From Candidatus Coatesbacteria bacterium (lineage in GTDB: Bacteria > JAFGND01), in the NCBI GenBank assembly GCA_016927185.1, contig JAFGND010000044.1:1-64000 (forward strand): DNA of 64,000 nucleotides. The letters are read 5' to 3'. The position numbers were made by a program, and so were the translations under genes. The number at the start of each line of letters is the position of its first letter. Within the stretch, counting starts at the first letter, position 1. The notes under the pieces were generated by a model. It was not told the origin of the DNA and did not search any database. It saw nothing but the letters and a program-made list of their open reading frames with translations. Positions 1 through 11,600 of the stretch are shown one piece after another.

Positions 1-244
1 AAAATCTATACCCAATAACATTCTGGTAGATTTTATATTATCTTTCTTTGTAAATCTCCATATAGTCAAAAAAAAAAAAAAATTGTCAAGGATTTTATTT
101 TCTTTTTTTAATCTAGCCCTCCAAAGACTGATGGATTTAAGTTATGAGGAAGTAATATTAATGGAAGTGTGAAAGAGTATAAAAATTAAAAGACATGGGA
201 TTTGGGATTAATGGAATAGTAATACTTTAAACTCTATATTGAAT

Positions 245-275
245 AAAAAATCCCCGCTTGATACGGGGATTTTTT
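245..275. terminator. Rho-independent, probably bidirectional, terminator downstream of groEL
   Basis: AAAAAATCCCCG-cttgata-CGGGGATTTTTT perfect inverted repeat with A/T tails, 25 nt past the groEL stop. Confidence 0.85.
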
Positions 276-299
276 TGATTAAAGAAGAGAGGTTTTTGT

Positions 300-2221
<1,922 letters not shown>

Positions 2222-2274
2222 TTTGGTGCCTCCTTTCTGTTTAACCGACATATTTTTTTCTGGAGGCAAAGAAT

Positions 2275-2305
2275 AAATATCACTTTATACTGTCAAGTGA
2301 TATTT
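2275..2305. promoter_or_regulatory. CIRCE-like inverted repeat overlapping the TTGACA -35 of groES
   Basis: AAATATCACTT-N9-AAGTGATATTT, perfect 11-bp arms. Minus-strand TTGACA at 2296-2291. Confidence 0.6.
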
Positions 2306-2429
2306 TTTACAAAAAATCTTTTTTATAAGATATTTGAATTCATTGATTTATGTTAAAATCTGTTCCCGAAATTCCTGCTTTCCTTTTCTTCCCCTTGCAT
2401 TTTTATGCCATAAATGATTACTTATCCAC

Positions 2430-4520
2430 ATGCTTAATCTGGAAAAAGACATTTTTGTCAATAAAATTTCCATTTCAGTTAAATATTCGCTTGAAAGATA
2501 CGTTTTTGTCTGGCTATTCATAATATATTCACTTGGCTTATATTTCGCGAAATTACATCCAGATATGATTGTTCTTTCTTCAATATATATAGTGTTTCTT
2601 GCACTTCTTTGTGTGCTCTTCAAGATAACCTTGAAAAACGGCAGAAAGACCTTATGCTATATATTATTCACTGCAGCTCTTCCGGTTATTGCTTTTCTGA
2701 GACTGGACTCCATGGAAAAAAAAGACATAATAAAATATCCGATTATCGGTGAAATCACTTCTCATTATGAAACAAGAAGCAGATCAAGATATACACTATC
2801 AAATGATGATGGCAATTACTATATCTATGCCTCAAAGGAAGACAGGAAAATAGAGATTGGTTCTGTTGCAAGAATTGACTCAAGGCTTCATCCATTCATA
2901 GAGAAAGGCTTTCCTACATTATTCGATTATGATTTATACAAATGGGTAAGAAACTTGAAGGGGATTATTTATCTTCCTAAAAAAGCAGTTTCTGAAAAGG
3001 TAATAAAAAAACCTGGCAAGTACAGGCATTTTATAAATTCCTTGCGGGATGAGCTCAAATCAAGGATAAATACCAATTTTGCTGCCTCAGAAGCTGGTTT
3101 TCTCTCTGGCATCCTCCTGGGAGATAAACAGGGAATATCCAGACAGAAAATGGAGGAAGTCTCCAAGATAGGACTTGCTCATGTTTTGGTGGTATCTGGA
3201 CTACATTTAACAATCTGGGTTGCAGTTCTTTATTTCATGATAAAATTCATGCCTATCCCGAAACCCTTCAAGATATTGTTCGTTCTCTCAGGTTGCTGGA
3301 TACTCTCGGAGATATGCGGTCCAAACCTTCCAGTAGTAAGAGCTTTCATAATGACATTCTTCTTCCTTGTCTCAATGCTAGTACAGAGAAGGAAATACAA
3401 TGTAAATATTCTTGCATGCTCTGGACTTATAATAGAACTGCTTTATCCAAGAGCGATGTGGGATATAAGCTTCCAGCTTTCATTCATCGCAACACTCGGT
3501 ATACTTATCTGGGTGCCTTTTATTCACAATAAAGTCAGGCAGATAGAATCTCTGGGAAGTCACAGGATACTATCTTTCATTATTGATGCTATGAGCGTAT
3601 CTGTATTCGCGCAGCTTGCACTTTCTCCATTGCTTCTTGAGACATTCGGATATATCTCATTGATCTCGCCTCTTGTCAACCTCTTTGAAGTGCCTCTTGT
3701 GAACCTCTTGACAGTTCTTGGTTATGTGTTCTTAGCTTTTGCCAAAATTCCATTACTGGGAAACTCGCTTGTTTTCATACTAAGCAAGATGCTATGGTTA
3801 TGGGAAAAAACAATATTGTTCTGGTTGAAATTATCTAATATAGCATATCATAAATCACAGTTTGATCCTTTGGTTTTTTCCGTACTTTTTGCATTAATTC
3901 TTATTGCATTCCTCTGGAGAATGAATTATCTCAAGAAATGGGTTTGCACTGCAATTATTCTAATATTTCTGTCTTCTGGTTTCATAATGTATTGGGGTGC
4001 GAAAAAAGATTTGCCTGAAAAGGAATTATGGCTGTTCAGTTATAACAATGAGCTTGGTTATATTATGCATAATGACAGCAAGACATATCTTCTGACACCA
4101 ACATCACGCTACAGTTATCAGCTAAAGAGTTTCCTGAAACTGAAAGGATGGAGACAAGTGCTTGCTGACAGGACATCTTTCCTTCTTGTTGAGGGAGAAA
4201 TGGAAGGAATTGAAATCAAGGAAAGCATGTCTATTGTTGATTCCATAAGCATGGGAAAGACAGTGTTCATGATAAACAGGTATCCTGATGCAAGAAAAAC
4301 TGGTTTCAATTATATAATTATTTCAGCAAATGAACCATACAGGGGATATCAGGAAAGAGAGTGCCATGTAACATATGCTGACAGGAAACCTTCAAAGAAG
4401 AACACTATTGCATTGAAAGAGGCAGGAGCAACAGGTTTTCTTATATACAAAGACAGAATCCTGCTTCAGAATGGAGGCAAGAAAAGTCTCTTTGCAGAAG
4501 GAGACAGGCTTTATTATTAG
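2430..4520 (+). CDS. comEC: ComEC/Rec2 competence membrane protein
   Basis: GILLGDK, LAHVLVVSGLHL, VVRAFIM, ISFQLSF motifs. Multiple TM segments. Confidence 0.9.
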   Translation: MLNLEKDIFVNKISISVKYSLERYVFVWLFIIYSLGLYFAKLHPDMIVLSSIYIVFLALLCVLFKITLKNGRKTLCYILFTAALPVIAFLRLDSMEKKDIIKYPIIGEITSHYETRSRSRYTLSNDDGNYYIYASKEDRKIEIGSVARIDSRLHPFIEKGFPTLFDYDLYKWVRNLKGIIYLPKKAVSEKVIKKPGKYRHFINSLRDELKSRINTNFAASEAGFLSGILLGDKQGISRQKMEEVSKIGLAHVLVVSGLHLTIWVAVLYFMIKFMPIPKPFKILFVLSGCWILSEICGPNLPVVRAFIMTFFFLVSMLVQRRKYNVNILACSGLIIELLYPRAMWDISFQLSFIATLGILIWVPFIHNKVRQIESLGSHRILSFIIDAMSVSVFAQLALSPLLLETFGYISLISPLVNLFEVPLVNLLTVLGYVFLAFAKIPLLGNSLVFILSKMLWLWEKTILFWLKLSNIAYHKSQFDPLVFSVLFALILIAFLWRMNYLKKWVCTAIILIFLSSGFIMYWGAKKDLPEKELWLFSYNNELGYIMHNDSKTYLLTPTSRYSYQLKSFLKLKGWRQVLADRTSFLLVEGEMEGIEIKESMSIVDSISMGKTVFMINRYPDARKTGFNYIIISANEPYRGYQERECHVTYADRKPSKKNTIALKEAGATGFLIYKDRILLQNGGKKSLFAEGDRLYY

Positions 4521-4525
4521 TTTCC

Positions 4526-5455
4526 TTATTCCAGTATTTCGTATCCCTTTTCTGACTTGCCAATCTTGTATCTGGATGATGCCTCCCTGGAATAGCTTTT
4601 ATTCTTTATCATCACATTGTCTTTGAGCTTTAAAAGCTCCCATATTGAAGATAACTTCTGCTCCTTTAGACTCTCTGCAATTATGAAGCATTTATCTTCC
4701 ACTGAAAAAGCAATCACTTTTTTGACCCACATTCCTGAAAGAAGCTTCCTGCCCTTGAGAAGCCATGAGCCATCTTCCTCTTTGTGCAGAATAGTATCTT
4801 TCAAATATTTTTCATATGAAAAATTCCTCTTCAAGCCATCCATACCATAAACAGTTATCCTGTCCTTGAAATCAGTCATTGTGCTTAAAGCTTTTATTAT
4901 ATCTGTAAAGTGAATTCCTGTCCAATATGGATTGATTTTCCCCTTTTCAGAGGGGACTTCTTCACTGCTTATCTTCAGTGCATTCAAAACCGTATCAAAA
5001 ATGAAGATGCTTTTTATTTCATCCGAGGGATTCTGATTCAAGTCGATTGAAGCCAGATCCTTGACCGAGTACATGTTTGAAAGACCAATGCAATACAAAT
5101 GCAATCCATCATTTTCTATCTTTTTTCCGTCAATCTCCCATGCAAGAAAGAATTTCATGTTGTTTATCTGCTCGTTTGTGACTTCTGACTTGTATCCATC
5201 AGAGCCAATGAAAATGTATGAAAAATTCCTGCTTTTGGGATGCCCAAGTTTATCGAAAATCCTGTTTAGCCATTGTCCCTTAAGGTTGTACTTAACTCTC
5301 TGCTTTGTTTTTGCTTTGTAAATTTCATGCACTATCAAAGTGTCTCCAGCAGCCTTTAGCTCATCATTATTGTACTGGTATGAGGTGTTTCCATCTATTA
5401 TTGTTAAAGCATATGCAAGAGCTGGAACAAGCAGAATAATCCATAAATACTTCAT
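4526..5455 (-). CDS. Exported protein with two molybdopterin-oxidoreductase (Oxidored_molyb)-like segments
   Basis: Signal peptide. GSDGYKSEV...LAWEIDGKKI...VKDL and WTGIHF...GMDGLK...WVKKV resemble the sulfite-oxidase-family core. Confidence 0.5.
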   Translation of the reverse strand: MKYLWIILLVPALAYALTIIDGNTSYQYNNDELKAAGDTLIVHEIYKAKTKQRVKYNLKGQWLNRIFDKLGHPKSRNFSYIFIGSDGYKSEVTNEQINNMKFFLAWEIDGKKIENDGLHLYCIGLSNMYSVKDLASIDLNQNPSDEIKSIFIFDTVLNALKISSEEVPSEKGKINPYWTGIHFTDIIKALSTMTDFKDRITVYGMDGLKRNFSYEKYLKDTILHKEEDGSWLLKGRKLLSGMWVKKVIAFSVEDKCFIIAESLKEQKLSSIWELLKLKDNVMIKNKSYSREASSRYKIGKSEKGYEILE

Positions 5456-5991
5456 AATATGTTCACCTTTCTGACCTGTTTGTAAATTTCATAAGATATA
5501 AAACCCCCAATAAAGCTTGAAAACAAGCAAGCTGATATTGAAAGCAGTAGGGGTATTAGTGGAAGCCTTAGTACTATCACAGAGACTATCAATACTCCAG
5601 ATAAATTCGCAACAATATTAAGCAGTGCGTGTGAAAAAATGCTTTCTGCAGAAAACCTGAAGATAAGCAATACAATATCAACAAGCAAGCCGGGAATCAA
5701 GTAAATAAGCAAAGACAGTCCTCCATGAGAACCCATAAGTCCGATTACCATTATTACAAGACCCTGTATGAATCCTACTGAAAATGCAGCTCCTGTCTTG
5801 TTAACAAGAAAGGCTCCCAGCACAATCCAAATCAAGTATATTCCACCTATCAAGGATCCTCCCGGTATTAATAGAGGGCTTGAAATTATGTGAACTAAAG
5901 GAGACAGCAGGGGTTTCAAAGCAAGACCTGTTGCAGAACAAATCGAGATGATTACAAGATCTAGGGTTGTGAATTTCTTGAATAAACTCAT
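5452..5991 (-). CDS. ECF transporter S component (YkoE/ABC_cobalt-like)
   Basis: 179 aa, about 5-6 TM. FTTLDLVII...IPGG...GIY...LVNKTGAA pattern. Confidence 0.75.
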   Translation of the reverse strand: MSLFKKFTTLDLVIISICSATGLALKPLLSPLVHIISSPLLIPGGSLIGGIYLIWIVLGAFLVNKTGAAFSVGFIQGLVIMVIGLMGSHGGLSLLIYLIPGLLVDIVLLIFRFSAESIFSHALLNIVANLSGVLIVSVIVLRLPLIPLLLSISACLFSSFIGGFISYEIYKQVRKVNIL

Positions 5992-6000
5992 AGCCCGTTT

Positions 6001-6306
6001 TTATTTGCCTCTTTTTTGCATCGAAGGTCCGCCATAAACAACCTTGATATCATTGACTTTTCTTCTATTGTTCTTCTTTTCTTTAACCTTTTTCTCAATT
6101 ATATCAAGAGAATCTTCCTTACCCATTTTCTTTACTCTCTGATATAGACTGTCAAGCGAGCCTTTTTTTGAATCTGCAGAGTCTACATTTACTGGAGATG
6201 ATGGTTTTGTTTCTTTCACTTTCTCTTCCTCACTGGATTCGCAGCTTTGTAAAAGAAGAGAATAAAGGAAACCAATCGCAAGTATCAGAAATCTTTTTAA
6301 CTTCAT
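6001..6306 (-). CDS. Small lipoprotein with C-terminal VVYGGPSM motif
   Basis: Lipobox LLQS-C, then a charged low-complexity body. ATGA overlap with the upstream gene. Confidence 0.75.
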   Translation of the reverse strand: MKLKRFLILAIGFLYSLLLQSCESSEEEKVKETKPSSPVNVDSADSKKGSLDSLYQRVKKMGKEDSLDIIEKKVKEKKNNRRKVNDIKVVYGGPSMQKRGK

Positions 6307-6590
6307 TCCTTCTCGCTTTTATCCTTTTCCTTCTTGTCAAGAGTATCCCTTTTGGATAGTTTGGGTTCAGAATTCTTATCCTTCGCAATATCATGTCTTC
6401 TCATATTAGGTCCACCATATTCTACAGACAAATTCCTGTTATAATCATTCTTCCTTTGCAGAGAATCTTCTTTGGTTGTATTGTCATCAGAATCTGCAAA
6501 TGCCTTGGGTAATCTCCCTGTGCATGAACAAAGAAACATGGAACTAACCCATGCAAGAATCAGCAAAAATCTTTTTCTCAATACGAACAT
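6303..6590 (-). CDS. Small lipoprotein with VEYGGPNM motif
   Basis: Signal peptide with FLCS-C lipobox. Upstream AAGG and TTGACA at 6640-6635. Confidence 0.75.
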   Translation of the reverse strand: MFVLRKRFLLILAWVSSMFLCSCTGRLPKAFADSDDNTTKEDSLQRKNDYNRNLSVEYGGPNMRRHDIAKDKNSEPKLSKRDTLDKKEKDKSEKE

Positions 6591-6728
6591 GGAATACCTT
6601 TCTTTTTTCCAGCATTCTGTTCAATATTGATTATTGTCAACATAAAACATTAAAACAATTTTGTTTTGACAAATTATATTACAATAAATTCCTTGAGTAA
6701 GATTTTTTTACAAACGATTGGGGGAAAA

Positions 6729-8570
6729 ATGAACAACAAAACTATCTTTCTCATTTTCCTGTGCAGCTTTCTTATTATTTCACTGATAACACCTGCACTT
6801 GCAAAAGAATGGACTCTTGAGGATACAAGAGCCAGCATCAAGAAAAATGGCTTCAAGTGGGAAGCAGGTGAAACAAGCATTTCAAGATTACCAAAAGAAG
6901 TAAAGAAATTTTATTTCAATGGCTTGAAAAAAGAGGATTTCAACGTTCCTGATTCAAGAAAATTCAAGAAATCAGGTATCAGGTATCCTGATACATTTGA
7001 CTGGCGTAATGTAGATGGAAAAAATTATGTCACTCCAATAAGGGATCAAAAGCAATGCGGTTCATGCTGGGCATTCTGTGTAATGGCATCCTTAGAAGCA
7101 CAAATAAAGATCTTTCTTACAATGGACAAGATAAACCCGGATGTTTCTGAACAATATGTTGTTTCACAATGCTATCAGGGTGGGGACTGCGGAGGAGGAC
7201 AGCTCTATTCACTTGCTGCATGGCTTGAAACACATGGAGTGCCATGGGAATCATGCTGGCCTTATGAAGCAAGAAATGCTGCATGCAATAATAGATGCAG
7301 CGACTGGGAATATACTCAGCAGAAAACAGTACAATACTTTGCAATAGAAAATGGTGACTTCGAGGCAATGAAGGAAGCTATTGCAACCAAGGGATTGCTA
7401 TTTGTAGGCATGTCTGTTTATAATGATTTCCAAGCATATAGAGGCGGGATCTATGAATGTGACAAGAACTCAGGTTATGGAGGAGGTCACGGAGTCTGCC
7501 TTATAGGTTATAACAGTACAGAGAACTACTGGATTGGAAAAAACAGCTGGGGAACTGGATGGGGAGAAGAGGGATTCTTCAGAGTAAGGATGGGTGGAGA
7601 TGATAGAATAGGTTATGGTGGACAGGCTTACTTTGAGTTGAATGATGTTGCAAATCATCTCTGGTATGAAGCTCCTGAAGACAATAAATTCTTTTCTTCA
7701 GGCACAAAAGTTGATATAGAATGGCACAGCAAAGGTGTCAATAAAATCAATATCTATTTCTCATCAGATACTGGCAACACTTACAATCTTGTTGCTTCAA
7801 ATGTTGATGCTGCACCTCAATCATATTCATGGACTGTTCCTGAAGTTGAATCAACAAAGTGCAAGATAAAACTGGAGGATGTTGAACATACAAAAGAGGG
7901 AAAATGTGCTATTGGTGCTGCAATAACAGAAGGAGTTTTCGGAGTTGGTCAACAGCGTTCAGTTGCCATGAATTATCCAAAAGGTGGAGAAACCTTCTAT
8001 AATGGTCATAAGTACTATTTGACATGGGATTGTTCAGCAAACATGAAAAATGTCAATATATATGGCTCAACAGATGGTGGGACATCCTGGCTTCCCAATA
8101 AAGTTGCCAATTACTCCAATGCCCAGAACAAGACATATCTCTGGACAGTGAATACTGCCAAATTCCCTGCCACTACAACAGGTAGAATGAAAATAGCTGA
8201 TGCATACTATGAAGCAGACTTCAATGATATCAATGATGGCAATTTCTCTGTTTCAAATGATCAATATGGTTTTAACAATAACAAGACAGGATTGTTTGTT
8301 CCGGCAAATATGTCATTGGAGATAGGTCCAAATCCATGCAGAAATCAGATACTCAATATACGCTATGCACTTCCCAGAAACACGAAGGTAAGCATGAAGG
8401 TGAGAAATCTTCTCGGGCAGACAGTTGCAGTACTCATGGAATCAGAAACCCACAAGTCAGGCAATTACATGGTACACTGGATCCCAATGAATTACGCATC
8501 AGGCGTATATGTCATTGAACTTACGACAAACGAAAAGACAATAAGCAAAAGCATTTTAATAATCAAATAG
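6729..8570 (+). CDS. Secreted papain-family (C1A) cysteine protease with Ig-like domains and a T9SS/FlgD-type C-terminal tail
   Basis: FDWR, QCGSCWAF, GHGVCLIGY, KNSWG catalytic motifs. C-terminal GPNP...NLLGQTV...SGVY. Start after GGGG at 6721. Confidence 0.92.
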   Translation: MNNKTIFLIFLCSFLIISLITPALAKEWTLEDTRASIKKNGFKWEAGETSISRLPKEVKKFYFNGLKKEDFNVPDSRKFKKSGIRYPDTFDWRNVDGKNYVTPIRDQKQCGSCWAFCVMASLEAQIKIFLTMDKINPDVSEQYVVSQCYQGGDCGGGQLYSLAAWLETHGVPWESCWPYEARNAACNNRCSDWEYTQQKTVQYFAIENGDFEAMKEAIATKGLLFVGMSVYNDFQAYRGGIYECDKNSGYGGGHGVCLIGYNSTENYWIGKNSWGTGWGEEGFFRVRMGGDDRIGYGGQAYFELNDVANHLWYEAPEDNKFFSSGTKVDIEWHSKGVNKINIYFSSDTGNTYNLVASNVDAAPQSYSWTVPEVESTKCKIKLEDVEHTKEGKCAIGAAITEGVFGVGQQRSVAMNYPKGGETFYNGHKYYLTWDCSANMKNVNIYGSTDGGTSWLPNKVANYSNAQNKTYLWTVNTAKFPATTTGRMKIADAYYEADFNDINDGNFSVSNDQYGFNNNKTGLFVPANMSLEIGPNPCRNQILNIRYALPRNTKVSMKVRNLLGQTVAVLMESETHKSGNYMVHWIPMNYASGVYVIELTTNEKTISKSILIIK

Positions 8571-8579
8571 ATTTTTGAT

Positions 8580-8605
8580 AACAAGGTGGATTTTTCCACC
8601 TTGTT
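8580..8605. terminator. Hairpin between convergent genes
   Basis: AACAAGGTGGA-tttt-TCCACCTTGTT. Confidence 0.75.
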
Positions 8606-8626
8606 CATTCCGGAAGAAAAAGCATT

Positions 8627-11600
8627 CTACCGAGTATTCAGAAATCTCTTTTCAATATCTTCAATCTCATATACTTTATGATGCCTTTCCATTTCCATGT
8701 TCATCCTTTTCGCTTCTTTAAGCAAATCAACAGCCTTTGACTTGCTGTTATCATAATCCAGCATGTATTCAAGAAGGCATAAAGCGTAGGCAATCAATGA
8801 ATCTGCTATTGCTGCTTTTGTTTTCTTATTCCTGAGAGATTCAATACCCTTTTCGAACAATTCAATACCTTTCTCTATATTGTTTTTCCTGAATTCAAGT
8901 CTGGCTAAAGAAATCATGGAAAGAATCCTGTGATGTTCATCCTTGTCTTTTTCAGCTAGTTCAAATGCTTTTCTCAGATACTCCTCAGCTTTTTTAAGTT
9001 CAGATTTATCAAGGCTGGCTTTTCCAAGAACTAATATCAACCTGCATCTGATTGTGCTGATTCCGATCTCATTGATTATTGATAAACCCTGATTTGCTAT
9101 TTCTATTGCTTTTTCGTATTCCTTTGTAGCCAGATGTAGATTCCCTATATCACTATTAATTATAGCCTGATATCTCTTTTCACCAATCTCAGTTAAAATT
9201 GCAGAACTTTCCATAATGAATTCATGTGCTTTCTTGAAGTCACCTAAAATTGAATAAATTATCCCGGTTTCTTTTAATGCAAATGCCTCGCCAAAACGAT
9301 ATTTTGTCTCTTTAGAAATAGAAATGCTTTCATCAAGTATTTGCAAGGCTTTCCTGTAATCTCCCAATACTCCATAAATGTTTGCAATATTACTCAATAC
9401 GGATCCTTCTCCAACCCTGTTTCCAATCTCCCTTCTTATTTCAAGCGACTTCTGAAATAATTCTAAAGCCTCAGCATAATTGGATCTTTCATTATGAGTT
9501 GTTGCTATATTGTTAAGAATAGTGCTTTCATAAGTGCGGTTGCCAATTATCTTATTAAGTTCCAGTGCTTTGTTGTACAATATCAATGCATTATCATGAT
9601 CATTCATTAGTGAATGCACAGTTCCAAGATTACCTATGGCAAGACTTTCTCCATACAAATTCCCAATCTCTTTTGAAATATCCATACTCTTGTTGAGAAG
9701 TTCCATGGCTTTCTTATAATTTCCTGTTCTGCAATTTATCAAACCTAAATCACCACAAATAAGCCCTTGAAGCCTTCTATCTCCAAGTTCCGTGTATATC
9801 TTGAGAGCTTTCATGTTATATTCAGCAGATTTTGTATAATTGCATTTTCCATAGTTGACTGCCCCCAGAGTCTTCAATACAGAAGCCTTGCCTGATTTAT
9901 CATCAAGTGAATTATGGATTTCCAATGCTTTTGTTAATGTCTTTTCCGCTTCATCAATTTCACCAGTAATCTGATATGTTTTTCCCAGAACACTTAATGA
10001 TGCAGCAATCATCCAGTTACAATTCATCTCTTCAGCAATCTTCAGTGCATTCAAGGCATAATCCCTTGCAGTTGAAAAAGGACCTGTCAGTTTGTAGATT
10101 TCTTCAATCTTTAACAGGATTTCAAAACATTTTTCCCTGGTAATATTTAATGAAAGAAGCTTTTCGTAGTTTTCCATTGCTTTCTTGTTTGCAAATTTCT
10201 TTTTGTATCTGTCTCCATTTTTTTCCAGGTACTCTTTCAGTTTTTCTTCGCTATTGCTTCTTTCAGCATGAATGCATAGATCATCATACCATTCCTCTAT
10301 CCTGTCACTGTATATTTTTTCAATCAGTCTTAATGCTGTCAAATGAAGTTTTTCCCTGCTTTCATTAAGCTGCATATTATAAGCAACATCCTTTATAAGT
10401 GCATGATTGAAAAAATAAACTATCTCCTCTACAATTCCCTTCATGTTTTCCTGGTAAACCAGTTTGAAACTTTCTGCACTAAGAAGATACTCATAGATAG
10501 GGTACTTGCCTTCAAGCATTTCATTGAGTAATTTGAATGGAAATTTCTGCCCTATTATGCTTGCACTTTGCAGTATTTCCTTTACTCTTGAACCAAGAGA
10601 ATCTATTCTTGCGATTATTACCTGGTCTATGCTTGATGGAAGATCATTTATTTCACAAATAATCTCCCAGGTATTCTCTTTCAATACTATGACATTTGTT
10701 TCTTTCAGATGTTTCAGCCATTGTTCTATGAAAAACGGGTTTCCATTTGATGTATTGATAATTATCTCTCTTAAATACTCTGATAGCTGACCTTCCTCAA
10801 GAATGCTTTCTATAAGAGCAATTGCTTCATCTTCAGTCAATATCTTGAGATCAATCTCTTCTACCTGAACATCCCTAGATATCTTGAAACTGACTGTTTC
10901 ACCTTCCTCCAGATATCTACAGGCAGCAATAATCATGAATGGAGAATCTTTGACATTGCGAGTCAGAGGCAAGAGGAATTCCTCAGTTGATTTATCAATC
11001 CACTGTGCATCGTCTATTTCAATAATGGCAGGAGATTTGTATGATAATGCCTTCAGAAGTTCCTTCAAACCTATAACGAAATTATCATATCTCAATTTAC
11101 TATCCAGCTTTTCATAAAGAGATCCCTTGATATCTATTCCAATCTCAGCTCCTATTATGGAATGAGTTCTTGATATTTCCCTTCTTGTTAATTCGTTTAT
11201 CTCGGCATCTTCAGATATTTCATTTATCTTTTTCAGAAAACTTGATTTATCTTCTTCCCTGTCTTTACCTTTTATATCAAAATAATCCTTCAGCCATTGT
11301 ATTACTCCATTCCATGCCCTCGAGACAAGTGCATCACATGGGAATCTTATCCAGTTGAATTTTATACTTTCCTTTTCAAGCCACTCCCTCACTTCATAAA
11401 GCAATCTTGTCTTTCCTATCCCTGGCTCACCATAAATATAGACAACTCCACCAAACTTTTTTTCAAGAATGCTTCCAGAAATAAGATGCTTGAGTTTCTC
11501 AAGCTCTTTTTCTCTGCCAATAAGCTCATTTAAATAATGCCTTTCCCCTGCATTCTTCTTTATATTGAAGAATCTGTACAGAGGAAGCCGTTCTTTCTTA

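Noticed and set aside
38-61. Minus-strand micro-ORF MEIYKER after the poly-T promoter
   Set aside because: Only 7 codons, no RBS, and the context is cut by the window edge, so it cannot be supported
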